From the NCBI GenBank assembly GCA_964016885.1, contig OZ024741.1, positions 60,946,001 to 61,010,000 of the forward strand: DNA of 64,000 nucleotides, given 5' to 3'. Positions 1-12,724 of the stretch are shown piece after piece (the first letter of the stretch is position 1; each line of letters begins with the position of its first letter). Under the pieces are notes generated by a model. That model made no database searches and was not told where the DNA came from. It saw nothing but the letters and a program-made list of their open reading frames with translations. This stretch comes from Eledone cirrhosa. Lineage: Eukaryota. A program made the translations under genes and the position numbers.

Positions 1-124
1 AATAAACTTATACAATTAATCTGTCAATAGAATTATTAACAGGTTAATTGTAAGACTCGGGAGATTGATACAAGTATAAATTCAGCGAGAATCGCATTTC
101 GGCGGGTAGAAAAAGCGATATATA

Positions 125-380
125 TATATATACATAAAGAAAAAGACAATTTCGCTTTACATGGCTGAATACAATAAATATAATCTGAGTTTTTCGAATA
201 TTAATAATAGCATTCGATTCATTTGCAATTATGCAAACAACCCTCAATTTTATAGCCATGGCCAACATACGAGCAAGAATGAAGTGTTCATTCTACTGAC
301 ATGGCTATAAAATTGAGGCTTGTTTGCATAATTGCAAACGAATCGAATGTTATTATTAATATTCGAAAAACTCAGATTAC

Positions 381-385
<5 letters not shown>
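125..385. repeat. Palindromic (TA)n-flanked element, arms 181-260 / 300-379; same family as 52087-52400
   Basis: taatctgagtttttcgaatatt...tagccatg is the reverse complement of catggcta...aactcagatta; near-identical sequence at 52087-52400 carries an HHR. Confidence 0.85.
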
Positions 386-417
<32 letters not shown>

Positions 418-461
418 AGTAAACCAATTACGAGGACGCACGTTTCACCTTGCGGACAACT

Positions 462-826
462 TCTATATATATACTAAAACACACGCGACCCGTTGTGTCA
501 CATTCACTTAAAAATATATTTTAAAATTATGTTCACTTAAAAATAATGTTTAATCAATTAAAATATACACAGACATGTCTCTCTTTCAAACTACTCTCTC
601 ACAACCACTATCTCTTTCTTTCTAACTTTCTCTCTATTTATGAAGATACCCGGAAAAACCCCGTATCTCGGGATCCCGTGCTCCGATTTACGTGAAACTT
701 ATTTTATTCCATTTGTATTCCCATTTCAGAGGCAACTTCCTTTCAAGGTTTTTTCCCATTATGCGCCGTTTTGGCTGTATTAAATTACAGACAAGACGCA
801 ATCACAGAGTTTTAGTAGTATATAGA
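462..826. mobile_element. Putative non-autonomous DNA element (MITE or Helentron/DINE-like)
   Basis: Imperfect terminal inverted repeats tctatatatatactaaaac / gttttagtagtatataga; internal GC-rich hairpin at ~646-680; no ORF. Confidence 0.45.
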
Positions 827-995
827 TATATTGTTGGTTATATTTTCGCAGTTAGTATATAAATCTCTTAAATTCATGTTACATTTATTATTTATTTCTT
901 CGTATCAAATTTGTTGTCGGATTGTTTACATTGGAACAGTTTACAGCGAAAATATTGACAGCTAAATAAGTAATAGATGTAAAGTTAATTTAACG

Positions 996-1070
<75 letters not shown>

Positions 1071-1490
1071 GGGGTGTTTGAGTGTTTAGTCTAAAATGAA
1101 TTTTTCCATATATTTCAGATAAAGCCATTTGCCAAGAAAGTAAAAGTCTGATCTTTTACTTTTATACATAATTTTCTGAAGTAACAACGAAACATTAAAA
1201 TATACGACTTCTTTTACATTATATATTGTTTAGATTAAAAAGTATTGTATGTAACAAACATTGTCACAGAAGATAATGGTATGAAACTTGTTTAATTTTA
1301 GATATATCTAAATATAGAAACAATGGAGGGAAATGTAATTGAACCCTCAATCTACACAAAGTAATACAACGTGGCCAATATTGAATGGAAGACGAGAAAC
1401 ATAATTTTGCGTGATACTCTCAGAAGTAATAACACTGTGGTTAATTAGTTATAGATGACTGAGTGCCATATTACATTAAATGGCTATGTG

Positions 1491-1605
<115 letters not shown>

Positions 1606-1762
1606 TATGTATGTATAGAGAGAGAGGGGAAAGGGGGGAGAGTACTATTACATATAGGTGAAAACTGATTATATTAAAAATAAGTAAGCATTGATGAAGC
1701 CAAAAATGAAGAGTGAAATATCATAGCCAGATGAAAATCAATTTTGTATGCATAGAATTAAT

Positions 1763-1793
<31 letters not shown>

Positions 1794-1855
1794 ATACAGG
1801 TGTATATATGTGTATGTATATATGTATATGTATATGCATGTGTATATGTATGTGC

Positions 1856-1921
<66 letters not shown>

Positions 1922-1928
1922 ATATATT

Positions 1929-2019
<91 letters not shown>

Positions 2020-2093
2020 AGATATATATATATGTATGTATATGTATATAAGTGTGAATATATATATGTATGTATATATGTATAAGTCAATAA

Positions 2094-2503
2094 GTGTAAG
2101 TCAAACATGTTAAAGTTGGCGTCTTTCATTCAAATTCGCTGCTATACATATTCCAGTGACAGCCATTATTGGCTGTGACCTCATCAGGCAGTAAGAATTA
2201 ATGTAGAAAACATAGGAAAACATGATGTTGTAATGGGTTCTACCCTGTTAATTAATCGATATGTCCAGCTCCTGGGTGTGTTGTTAGTCCTGAAAGTTTC
2301 CTTTCAGGACTAACAACACACCCAGGAGCTAGACATATTGATGAATTAACAGGGTAGAACCCATTACAACATCATGTTTTCCTATGTTTTCTTCCTTAAT
2401 TCTTACTGCCTGATGAGGTCACAGCCAATAATGGCTGTCACTGGAATATATATAGCAGCGAATTTGAATGAAAGACGCCAAATTTAACATGTTTGACTTA
2501 CAC
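2094..2503. repeat. ~200-bp-arm palindrome (4-nt loop, 2297-2300) with an HHR-like motif in each arm
   Basis: Arms are near-perfect reverse complements; flanked by TA-rich microsatellite. Confidence 0.9.
2406..2458 (+). ncRNA. Type I hammerhead-like motif (GGAA instead of GAAA); mirror copy 2139-2191 on minus
   Basis: Stem I CUGC/GCAG; CUGAUGA; stem II GGUCACAGCC/GGCUGUCACU; GGAA; minimal stem III AU-AUAU-AU; AUA site. Confidence 0.65.
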
Positions 2504-2561
2504 ATATTATTTTATTTTATTTCGTATATTATATATATATATATATATATCTATATATATA

Positions 2562-2609
<48 letters not shown>

Positions 2610-3502
2610 GATACATAATATGTGCGTGTGCGCCTATACCTACTAAAGTATAGAAGAGAGACTGTAACATCATAGGTGTCTTATGATACCCATTGATTCC
2701 TAAGCCAACGGCTCATCGGTGCTTTGTATGTCAACAATATGATTTGTGTAGGTTTCTATGTGTATCCGTATGTAGAGAAGCCTTTATGCAGTAAACCGAT
2801 GAACAGAATGTATGAACTGGTCGTCTATCGTGTAGGAACAACTAAATATAATTTAGAATAGCTGTACCTATCTACTGTAAAAACGACGATATGATAAGCT
2901 AAACATGTATCTTAACACAGAGTTAAGCTAAGAAGCTTTCATGTTCATATGTATAGCCTGATATTTATCTAATAATATCTTGCTTTAGGTGTCTCACTTT
3001 TGAAGTTTATAACTTGGCATAAAACTAATTTTCAGATAAAAACCAAGTATTGACATTATATTTCTCGAGAGAGAAATATAATGTTATATATGAACATAAC
3101 TGATTTCGCTTAGAAGCAGCTGCAATTCCTGCAAGCAAACTCGCAAAACTTGGGTTTTATTTTAACAATGAATATTTAAAATATAATATTACTCTTATAT
3201 TTATGCATCTTCTGCTTTAAGATAATAGAATTTCTATATAAATTTGCTGATCTTATTAAACAAAGATCTTAGTTTAATATCTATACTGAAACCAAAGACG
3301 TTTTAACAACGATGTTTTTCTTTCTGGTAGCAAATTATATATATCATGTATGATGTAACAAATCAATGAAAGCACTCAACGTTATGCTAGTCATCCATCG
3401 TATATGTGGTATCCAGTGGTTGACGCAGGAACGGAGTAAAGTATTTATAAATATATGAGCATATCTTCCAGTCCGGCCTTCTGTTGTCGCTATATATATA
3501 TA

Positions 3503-3767
3503 TAGAAATATTAGAAATATTAAAACAATGAAATTAAACAAAAAACGGTTAATTCATAGTAAAACTCATTATTTTACGATCGGGTAATGAAGACGTATAT
3601 GTATATTTTCTTACTATGATATTTTGTAATATATTTTACATAGATCAATAATAGAATGGACATACGGGGAACTATCCCCCAGAAACGATCGTAGAATAAT
3701 GAGTGTTACTATGAATTAACCGTTTTTTTGTTTAATTTCATTGTTTTAATATTTTTAATATTTCTAA
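3503..3767. repeat. Palindromic element (arms ~3503-3580 / 3686-3767) with HHR 3' half GAAACGAUCGUA; related to 62570-62760
   Basis: Reverse-complement arms; shared motifs cattattttacgatcg and gtatattt...tagatc with 62570-62760. Confidence 0.75.
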
Positions 3768-3889
3768 TTTTGACTCTGATATCGTTGAAAATTTTGTGTT
3801 TTAAACTTTGCTTTACGACATCGTCTACATACGGATTACATAGAGTTCTTCATACGGTTTAGACCCTACCATTAATTGGTGGATTTATC

Positions 3890-3943
<54 letters not shown>

Positions 3944-5564
3944 TTCAAACCTTTTAGACAAAAGTTAGTTGCGGTTTATATCTTTTGTTTTCCAGGTACA
4001 TGATTAACACAACTGATTTACCGAACAGCCGGTTTCCTTCACCAAATTAGCAGGGGGCATCTTCCGTGTGGAAGGAGCGCCCATGAGACGGAATGTTCTT
4101 TGCAGCAACGCCTTCGCAATCTTCATCGAGAGAGACGGAAATAAGATATACCGTCCAGCCAAAGATGTAGAATTTGCTTCTCCCCTTTTCCCCTCTCTTC
4201 TTTTTATTTCCTTTTTCTTCTGTCTTCTTTTGTTGTTCATGTTCTCTCTTCCTCTTTATAAACATGTACAACTGAATATTACATTTCGAACCAATTAGAT
4301 TTATTTATGTGAAGTACGTGTCGCAGAAATTTTGTCAGTATTAGTATCAAAAAGAAATAATTCCATCACTGCAATCTATCTCCTTGATTTCTTCTCGTGC
4401 ATATAATTGATTCTAGTGTGGTTTCTAATTTAGAAACAACGGAAGCAATTTGAATACCGGTTAAATTAATTCTAATATACTGGTACTAGATTTTCTCGAC
4501 GCCTCGTGGGTGAAAGATGACGTTAAAGTCGCCGTGATATGAACACAGAACACGAAGAGATGGAAACAATACTGCAAAATATTCCATTCGACGCTCTGCC
4601 AACACAATATTCTAAGTTCTTATTTTTAATAATGGTTTCTAATTTTGGTACAAGGCCAGCAATATTAGAGTATTGGGTACGATGGTTATATAGACAACAG
4701 TACTTGACTTGAACTTCATTTTATCAACAAAGAGGAAAGGTAATGTTGAGCTAGGTGAGGTTTGAACTCAGAACCTGTTATATCAGCTGTAAACATATCA
4801 CTAAACATTGACTGATTTAGTGAGCCAGTACAGTATTATAGCATCAGTATATTTACCCCAACATTACTAAATGCTATCAACACAACTAAATACCAGTCTA
4901 ATTTCGTTAGTAATATCCAGAGTAATATCCAGAGAAATACATAAACACCATATCTTAGGACTTATCTTCTTTTCCCAATAATATATAATTCGGTATTCAC
5001 TATTATCCCATCGATAATTCTATTCTTCTTTATTGATTAAACACGTCACTCTACCTGCTAGCAACTCTTCACTAAAAACACTAAATGGAGATGCATTATT
5101 CTAATTCGCATTTCGTTATCTCTTTAGATCAATAGCCTAAATCATAAGGTCCGTTATCATTTTACTAGAGATATAGAGATGTGTAGAGACGATGGAAGAA
5201 TTCCTCAGTGTAATTTTGATGCTATATTTTTTCGATCACAGAAATGGTGGTATGACGAGTACATTGGACTTCTGTCGGTTCCGGCGAGGTATGATTTACT
5301 TGATTCGTAAAATTAATTTACAAGTGGCTGAGCATTCCACTAATACATGTTATATGTACCCTTAACTTAATTCTCATGGAGCTTCAGTATGACCCAGTGT
5401 GTGACAAGGGTGGTCCTTTGAAATATAGGTACAGTTAAAGTAAATGGCTGAGCACTCTACAGACAGTTGTGCTCTTAACTCTGGACAACTAAGTCACTTG
5501 CACGTTTATTTCACAAGCATGTCATTACGTTAGTGGATCAACTGGAACATGCATCCAACATACA

Positions 5565-5643
<79 letters not shown>

Positions 5644-5808
5644 ATTACATATTTGAATAGTGTGTATAAATATATAGATGTGTATTGTGTATATGTGTAT
5701 TCGGTATTTAGACGGTGTGTAAATGTATGTGTATTCCATAGTCCAATAGTGTCTATCGGATAACTTACTATGTATGTATGCATATATATAGGTATGTAGG
5801 TATGTAGG

Positions 5809-5854
<46 letters not shown>

Positions 5855-6069
5855 CAGGGAGAAAAAGACGATTATTAGGAGGAAAAAAATATATATACGA
5901 GTATGTATGTATGTATGCATCTATGTATATATATATATATAGATGTATATATATATATCCAAGAGATGGCAACATTTTTCTCTAAAATCATTTTTTCCAA
6001 TTCCTTTCGCTCTCTGGTGTCGCATTTCTTCCTAGATCGTAGTTACCCTCTCTTCTGTCTGCTTTTCCC

Positions 6070-6690
6070 TATAACTGGAAATGGGAAGTTCCAAGACCTT
6101 CTCTTTCTGTACATGTTATTCTGATGATGTTCCGTAACTTCACCATACTTTCTGCTTGTATGACAGAAGCGGCAGCTGCTCATTAGCGTCCTGATCTTAT
6201 ACCTGCGTCTCTGACTTGTGAATCTTTAAACATCGTCATTCTGTACTTTGCCATTTTCAATTTCTCCACCACAGATGACAGGGGAAGCTGGAGCTGTCCT
6301 GATGTAGAGACTTTAGTGAAGCTTAGGGGTATTTGTTGATCTTCCTATCCATTCTCTCTGCCCTTGATATAGCAACTTCACACACGGGTAGCAGCTATAT
6401 GACTCTTGACAGTAGACCATGCTGGTAGAGTTATGCTTTAAATTTCTTGGGAGCCGTAGGTTCTCAATTCTCACGAGCCATTCCTCTGTATGCCTTTCTG
6501 TATTGGTGATGTTGTTCCTGTCAGAAAGTAAGTCATCAAACGGTTTCCCAAGGCATTTTGTTGGGTTTTCCTGGAATGGTGGAATAACTTCCACTTGCTC
6601 TTACATTTCTCTATCACTCCACCTTTACTGACCACCATGCTCCTGGTTTTCCTTGGCTGGAATCTCATCTTTGCCCCTGTTGCCACACCT
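6070..6690 (-). pseudogene. Degraded non-LTR retrotransposon ORF (post-RT region, Hero-like RLE clade)
   Basis: Peptides AKMRFQPRKTRSMVVSKG, PTKCLGKPFDDLLSD, QLQLPLSSVVEKLKMAK, GIRSGR, EGLG; frameshifted. Confidence 0.65.
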
Positions 6691-6959
6691 GTTTCGTATC
6701 TTCCTGGGTTATGGTTGTCACAGTGAGATCATTCATCAAACAACCATGAAACCTCTTATTCTATGTTGGACTCCCGATAACACACTTTGTCCTTGGGATT
6801 TTTTTTCAGCAGTCAGAAGAAATGTTGGGGAAAAAAATGTTGGGACCACTGTGTAACTTCCCAAGGGTCATATTTTAAAGGAGATAACTTGCAATTTCAT
6901 GTCGGTCCAATGTACATTTAAATAAAACACCAGTACCCGTACTTGTTGAACAAAACAGG

Positions 6960-6992
<33 letters not shown>

Positions 6993-7018
6993 CTGTGTGT
7001 CTGTGTGTGTGTGTGTGT

Positions 7019-7113
<95 letters not shown>

Positions 7114-7185
7114 TGATGGTAGCTAAGATGCTTCCATAGGCGGTATGCCGGTTGACCACTCTATGCTCTTACAGAGCAGAGTATA

Positions 7186-7482
7186 ATGTAATATAAAACG
7201 AAAAATCAGTGATGCATCTGAACTCAATTTATTGTGTATACAATTGTTTCGCCGGCGGACAGCTTGAGACGCGATCGTTGTGTGGATCTGTCTGATTCTG
7301 GACCCGCATGTTCGACGGACACAGTGAGAGAATATGCTCCGAAATCATTAGACGTGTCCGTCGCACCTGCGGGTCCATAATCAGACAGATCCACACAAAT
7401 GATCGCGCCTTACGCTGTCCACCGGCGAAACAATTGTAACACACAATAAATTGAGTTCAGATGCATCACTGATTTTTCGTTT

Positions 7483-7490
<8 letters not shown>
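7186..7490. repeat. Palindrome, arms 7186-7322 / 7354-7490, with HHR 3' half GAAACAAUUGUA in each arm
   Basis: Reverse-complement arms ~137 bp, 31-nt spacer, (TA)n on right. Confidence 0.85.
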
Positions 7491-7513
<23 letters not shown>

Positions 7514-7787
7514 GATGGAAAAGAATGAAACGAAATTTCATTTCTCACTCTTAGTACGGCTGGTACTTAAATGTAAGTATGTAAACATACATGCATATAT
7601 GTATACAGACGCACAGTAGTATGCATATATATACATACATGCACACATATATATATGTGCGTATGGGTTTACCGAACATTTATTATAATGTTCGGTTGGT
7701 TCGGTTTGTTTGTAAACAAACAGCCCGAATTACGCCGTACAGTGTTCGGCAACCATCGTCGCCTTTTTGTTCAACACTGACACAGGA

Positions 7788-7830
7788 ACGATGTACTAGT
7801 TTCAAGCTAATTAGCTATCGTCAGCATCGT
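7788..7830 (-). ncRNA. Minimal type I hammerhead ribozyme
   Basis: Stem I ACGAUG/CAUCGU; CUGACGA; U-AGCU-AAUU-AGCU-U; GAAA; palindromic CUAG; GUA site. Confidence 0.85.
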
Positions 7831-8312
7831 ATACCTTCCTGTCAGATGATTGAACGTTTGAAAGTATATACTATCCTTATGCATATTAACGGCTGAGCAG
7901 CCTAATTTGCATATTTCTGTACCGAAAACGATAAATGGAAAAGAATGAAACGAAATTTCATTTCTCACTCTTAGTACGGCTGATACCTAAATATAAGTAT
8001 GTATACATACATATATGTATACAGACGTACAGTAGTATGTATATATATACATACATGCACACATATATATATGCACGTATGGGCTTAACGAACATTTATT
8101 ATAATGTTCGGTTGTTTGTAAATGTTCGGTAAACCCATAAGAGTAAACTACTAAGAGTGAGAAATGAAATTTCGTTTCATTCTTTTCCATTTTTCGTTTT
8201 CGGTACGCGCGGACGACTAACTCACTCGATATGCAAATTAGGCTACTCAGCCGTTAATATGCATAAGGAAAGTATATACTTTCAAACGTTCAATCATCTG
8301 ACATGAAGTTAT

Positions 8313-8355
8313 ACGATGCTGACGATAGCTAATAAGTTTGAAACTAGTACATCGT
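8313..8355 (+). ncRNA. Minimal type I hammerhead ribozyme (same family as 7788-7830)
   Basis: acgatg ctgacga tagctaataagttt gaaa ctag ta catcgt. Confidence 0.8.
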
Positions 8356-8635
8356 TCCTGTGTTAGTGTTGAACAAAAAGGCGACGATGGTTGCCGAACA
8401 CTGTAGGGCGTAATTCGGGATATTTGTTTACAAACAAACCGAACATTATAATAAATGTTCGGTAAACCCATACGTACATATATATATATGTGTGCATGTA
8501 TGTATATATATATATACATACTACTGTACGTCTGTATACATATATGTATGTACGTATACATACTTACATATATGTATGTGTGCATGTATGTATATATATA
8601 TACATACTTAAATATATGTATGTACGTATACATAC

Positions 8636-8687
<52 letters not shown>

Positions 8688-8712
8688 GTGTGTGTGTGTG
8701 TGTATATGTGTG

Positions 8713-8743
<31 letters not shown>

Positions 8744-8799
8744 TTGCGTACGTGCGTGCGTGCGTGCGTGTGTGTAGACATATATATATGTATGTGGGT

Positions 8800-9085
8800 A
8801 TATATGTTTCTGAGCTTGATGATGTCGATGATGTCATTGAAATGAATAATGAAGCGAAGTAGTCTCAACACAACATCATATGGGTCGCCACAACTGTCTT
8901 TGACTAAGCATGACTGTATTCCTTCGATTACAACATGTTGAGCTCTATTAGTCATGAAAACAGTTGATCCATTGTAATGACTTTCCAGAGACACCAATGT
9001 TAGTGTTTTTCAAGAGGATGTTGTGATCAAGATATTTGACATAGGTGTTGGTATCTTCTCCAAAGGTCTAAAAATGTCATTAAAG
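8800..9085 (-). pseudogene. CR1/L2-group LINE reverse transcriptase fragment
   Basis: FMTNRAQHVVIEG...[10 protein letters not shown] resembles degraded RT motif FLTNRxQxV...[21 protein letters not shown]. Confidence 0.6.
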
Positions 9086-9173
9086 TTTCATCAGGTGGTG
9101 CTATTACGTTAGACATAATCAGGACCAATACTGGTCGAAACCTATCAAAGTTATGTATATATGTATGTATCGA

Positions 9174-9245
<72 letters not shown>

Positions 9246-9250
<5 letters not shown>

Positions 9251-9664
9251 GTTTGTATTTGTAAAGCCAAAACAATGTAGGTATGGACATAGAATATAAA
9301 TGCAAATGCAAAAGATATTGTTGACAATTAGTCTTTTACCTTAATTTATTTAAATGTCCTTAATTTTCGAGATAATATCTCTTCTTCGAGCAGGAAATAG
9401 TATAGATACTCTATACCATTTCCTGTCAGCATGACTTGGCAAACTATTTAGAACACTGGTTTAACCGCTTTACTTCCCTCCGAAGAAGAGATATTATCTC
9501 GAAAATTAAGGACATTTAAATAAATTTATGGTAAAAAACTAATTGTCAACAATATCTTTTGCATTTGCATTTATATTCTATGTCCATACCTGCATTGTTT
9601 TGGCTTTACATATACAAACGTTTATACCTCATTACACAATGCTTCAAGTGAACTATAACTTCCT

Positions 9665-9667
<3 letters not shown>
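9246..9667. repeat. Palindromic 3'-end fragment of the PLE at 62975-63922, with HHR (CCGAAGA core, ~9476-9511 plus)
   Basis: Arms 9246-9395 / 9478-9625 plus tail; colinear with 63650-63920; (TA)n on both sides. Confidence 0.85.
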
Positions 9668-9701
<34 letters not shown>

Positions 9702-9958
9702 TTATATATTATATATATTATATATGTTAATATATATATATTATATATATTTATATATATATATTATATATATTTATATATATTAATATATATATATATT
9801 ATATATATATATATATATTATATATTATATATATTATATATGTTAATATATATATATTATATATATTTATATATATTAATATATATATTATATATATAAT
9901 ATATATATAATATATATATATTATATATATAATATATATATATTATATATATATATCA

Positions 9959-10530
9959 TCTAAACTATAATAAAGTAAGGAGTGCGGGACTGCGTCCAGA
10001 ATATAATTTTTTATCCCGTTTGTAAAATAAGTTGGATTACTTTGAATAAATAATTGTTTCTACGTTAGGCACAAGGCCATCAATTAACCAGTGTATTACT
10101 GGTACTTTATTTTATCGACCCCGTAAGGATGAAAGGCAAAGTTTGAATAAATAATGAATGAATATTACATAATTTATCTACTAAATTTCGTTATTCTTGA
10201 TTAAATATAAATAATTTTGTTGCTAATTTTTTTAAGATTCACTTCTTTAAAATTTTCAAATGTCAACACTTCCGTTTAGCGATCGCTTAAATAAACATTC
10301 ATATATTTCCGTCTCTAATTTTCTCCTAATGCAGATTATATATAATATCGTCATTTTTTAATGTCATGGATTACGTTACTGATTACATAAGACAATGTAA
10401 CGTAGTTTCGTTCGATTTCTGTGTATATTGTCAATTACGATTTTATTTGATATATCATATCTACATGCATGTATTTTTGCGTATAATATCAATATGCACA
10501 CTACACATGCTAGCATGGTTTTTCTGCTAG
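9959..10530 (+). mobile_element. Non-autonomous Helitron with internal SINE fragment
   Basis: A|TC...CTAG|T termini, no TSD; inverted homologue at 41028-41690; 3' hairpin partly deleted here. Confidence 0.8.
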
Positions 10531-10557
10531 TATATATATATAATATATACATATATA

Positions 10558-10734
10558 TATTTATTAAAATAACAGATTAAAGTTTAAGCAAAGAATCGCT
10601 GCTTTCGCCCTTAACGCCTTAACGGGATCTTCAGAAGATTTTAATAAATATTTGCTCTACGGTTCTTATATATTTGATATATATTTATCATTATCGAGCC
10701 CTCTTTGGATTTTAGTCTTCAAATTTATTATTAT

Positions 10735-10740
<6 letters not shown>
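10558..10740. repeat. Short TA-embedded repeat family B with HHR-like remnant C(U/A)GAAGA-UCCC-GUUAA-GGG(U/C)-GAAA; other copies 25110-25190, 40111-40350 (palindromic), 43746-43815
   Basis: Shared string taaaataacagattaaagtttaagcaaagaatcgctgctttcaccctt in both orientations. Confidence 0.75.
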
Positions 10741-10795
<55 letters not shown>

Positions 10796-11009
10796 CTATA
10801 TTATATATATATTATTTATATATATAATATAGATCTTCTTCTTCTTTTCGTATCTTCGAAGCATGTGGTTATAAGTAGTTTGCCATTTCTTTACACAGTC
10901 CTTTGCATTATTATTAAAGTTTGCGAGATTTTTTAAGCTGCACTGGTTGGGTAGTAGAGGGCAAAAAAAGCAGTGCTGCATCGTACGATATATATATATA
11001 AGGGGCCCC

Positions 11010-11078
11010 AAGCCAACACACAAACCACAATAAGGCCACCCCCTGCTGCAGTAATGCTGATCCAGTTTTTTCACAAAG

Positions 11079-11134
<56 letters not shown>

Positions 11135-12551
11135 GAGGTAACTACAACCCTATCCAACGGTGTAACCACAATTCCAGTCAAAAGCTGCTCCCTGAACAAG
11201 AAATTCTTTTTTTTAACCGTGTTGAACCTGGCAAAAGAGATACAGAAAACATTTTAGCCATCACCATCCTTGCTGTCACTAACACACAATCTCAAAAGAA
11301 GTCAAAACCAGCCACCACACTAGCCTCCACATTTTTACTCAATACACAAGGTATCAGCCCATCCATCAATGCACAGAAATGGAAGATCCAATTCATTGAG
11401 GGTTGGGTTGGTAACCATCCATTTCACATCCCCTTCTTCATTCTTACTGAGACTCATCTTGACAACTCCTACTTGGAGGCCGAAGTAAGAGTGAGGAATT
11501 CCACAACCATCCTCACATGTTGACAGAAGGAAGGTTGGAACTGCCATTTTCCTGCATGATTCCTTTACAGCAGATGGTAACACAACATTCCCCAATGGCT
11601 ACTCTGAATCAGTCACTGTGCACAACAAAGCCAATGACCTGATATTAGTTGGGCTCTATAGGCCACCCCAAACACCCATAATGCGCTTCAAAGAATGCCT
11701 CAACAGCATTAAGTGCTTTATTCAACAGTGCCACTCTAGCAACATACTTTTGATGGGAGACTTTAATCTACCCTGTGTTGATTGGTCTACAAACAGTTTG
11801 AAACCAGGCACTCCAACCTCAACCACTGACAAAGAAGCAGTCGATTCACTTCTTGACTTTATGAATTAGTTTTTCTTGTCCCAACTTGTCCTTGCACTAA
11901 CAGGGCATCAGAAGAACATTCTGGACCTAGTGTTTAGTAACAACACTAACACTATACATAATATTACAGTAGAAAAAACCTTTCTCTCTTTGTAACCTGA
12001 GATTCCGCCAGCCCAAAGCTAGTCCCATTGACCTCTTTCCAACCCACCCGTTTGATAACATGGATCTCTATATTGCCAACTGGGATGCAATTATGAACGA
12101 GCTATCAAATGTTGACTGGTCCTTTACACACGCACTCATTTCCACCAACATCAAAACATTTTGGAAGATCTTTGTAGACACTGTCACAAATATATGTGCA
12201 AAACACACCCCAGCAAAACCTGTGAACAAAACTAAGTGCAGTATCCCCCAAAACAGAAAAACTATTATCAGAAAAATAAAAAGAACAAACAAAAAAATTA
12301 ACACACTAAAATACTGCCAACAGCAACACACACATTCGACGGCTATCGCTCTGCTTGAATCAAATAAATATAACGTCCAACAATGCATGAAGACCATCAT
12401 CAATAACCAAAGAACAGCTGAAGAGAAGTGGGCCATTGACAAAATCAAACTCAACCCCAAATTGTTCTTTTCATTTGCGAAAAAACACAAGGTCACTGTC
12501 TCCTCTGTTGGCTCTCTAGTTGATGAAAAGGGCACACTCCAAGATAATGCC
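11010..12551 (+). pseudogene. CR1/L2-group LINE fragment: APE endonuclease and linker, 3'-truncated
   Basis: VGLYRPP, LLMGDFNLPCVDW, ILDLVFSN, NPKLFFSFAK motifs; stops and frameshifts. Confidence 0.85.
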
Positions 12552-12713
12552 AAGACGGCAGAGCTCAAGCCGTTTCGACGGCGATTTCTGCCGTCGAAAC
12601 GGCTTGAGTTCTGCCGTCGGGGTCTTGAACATTTTCCTATTACCCACTCTACTACACTAAGTATTGAGTACTCTGGTGCGTTATGGTCCACCTGGTTCCT
12701 TACCACGCTTCCT
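12552..12713. repeat. Hairpin element family C with HHR 3' half (GAAA-CGGC...GCCG-UC); second copy 38016-38205
   Basis: gacggcagagctcaagccgtttcgac / gtcgaaacggcttgagttctgccgtc; tail shared with 38130-38205. Confidence 0.75.
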
Positions 12714-12724
12714 ATATATATATA

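Larger units (their letters stand above)
7516..8641. mobile_element. Retrozyme-like non-coding element: ~420-bp tandem unit on minus (7516-8135) plus inverted partial tandem on plus (8150-8641)
   Basis: atggaaaagaatgaaacgaaatttc recurs at 7516 and 7935 and inverted at ~8165-8190; an HHR in each orientation; third locus at 61638-62217. Confidence 0.8.

Noticed and set aside
1713-2129. Long YI/CV/HT-repeat ORFs (also 14890-15327, 37071-37699, 42637-43812, 62068-62347 and others)
   Set aside because: Stop-free translations of (TA)n/(CA)n microsatellites, not genes
6121-6130. Isolated CTGATGA/TCATCAG heptamers (6121, 14910, 28727, 44140)
   Set aside because: No matching GAAA...UH with pairing stem I; they lie within LINE, mariner or SINE sequence
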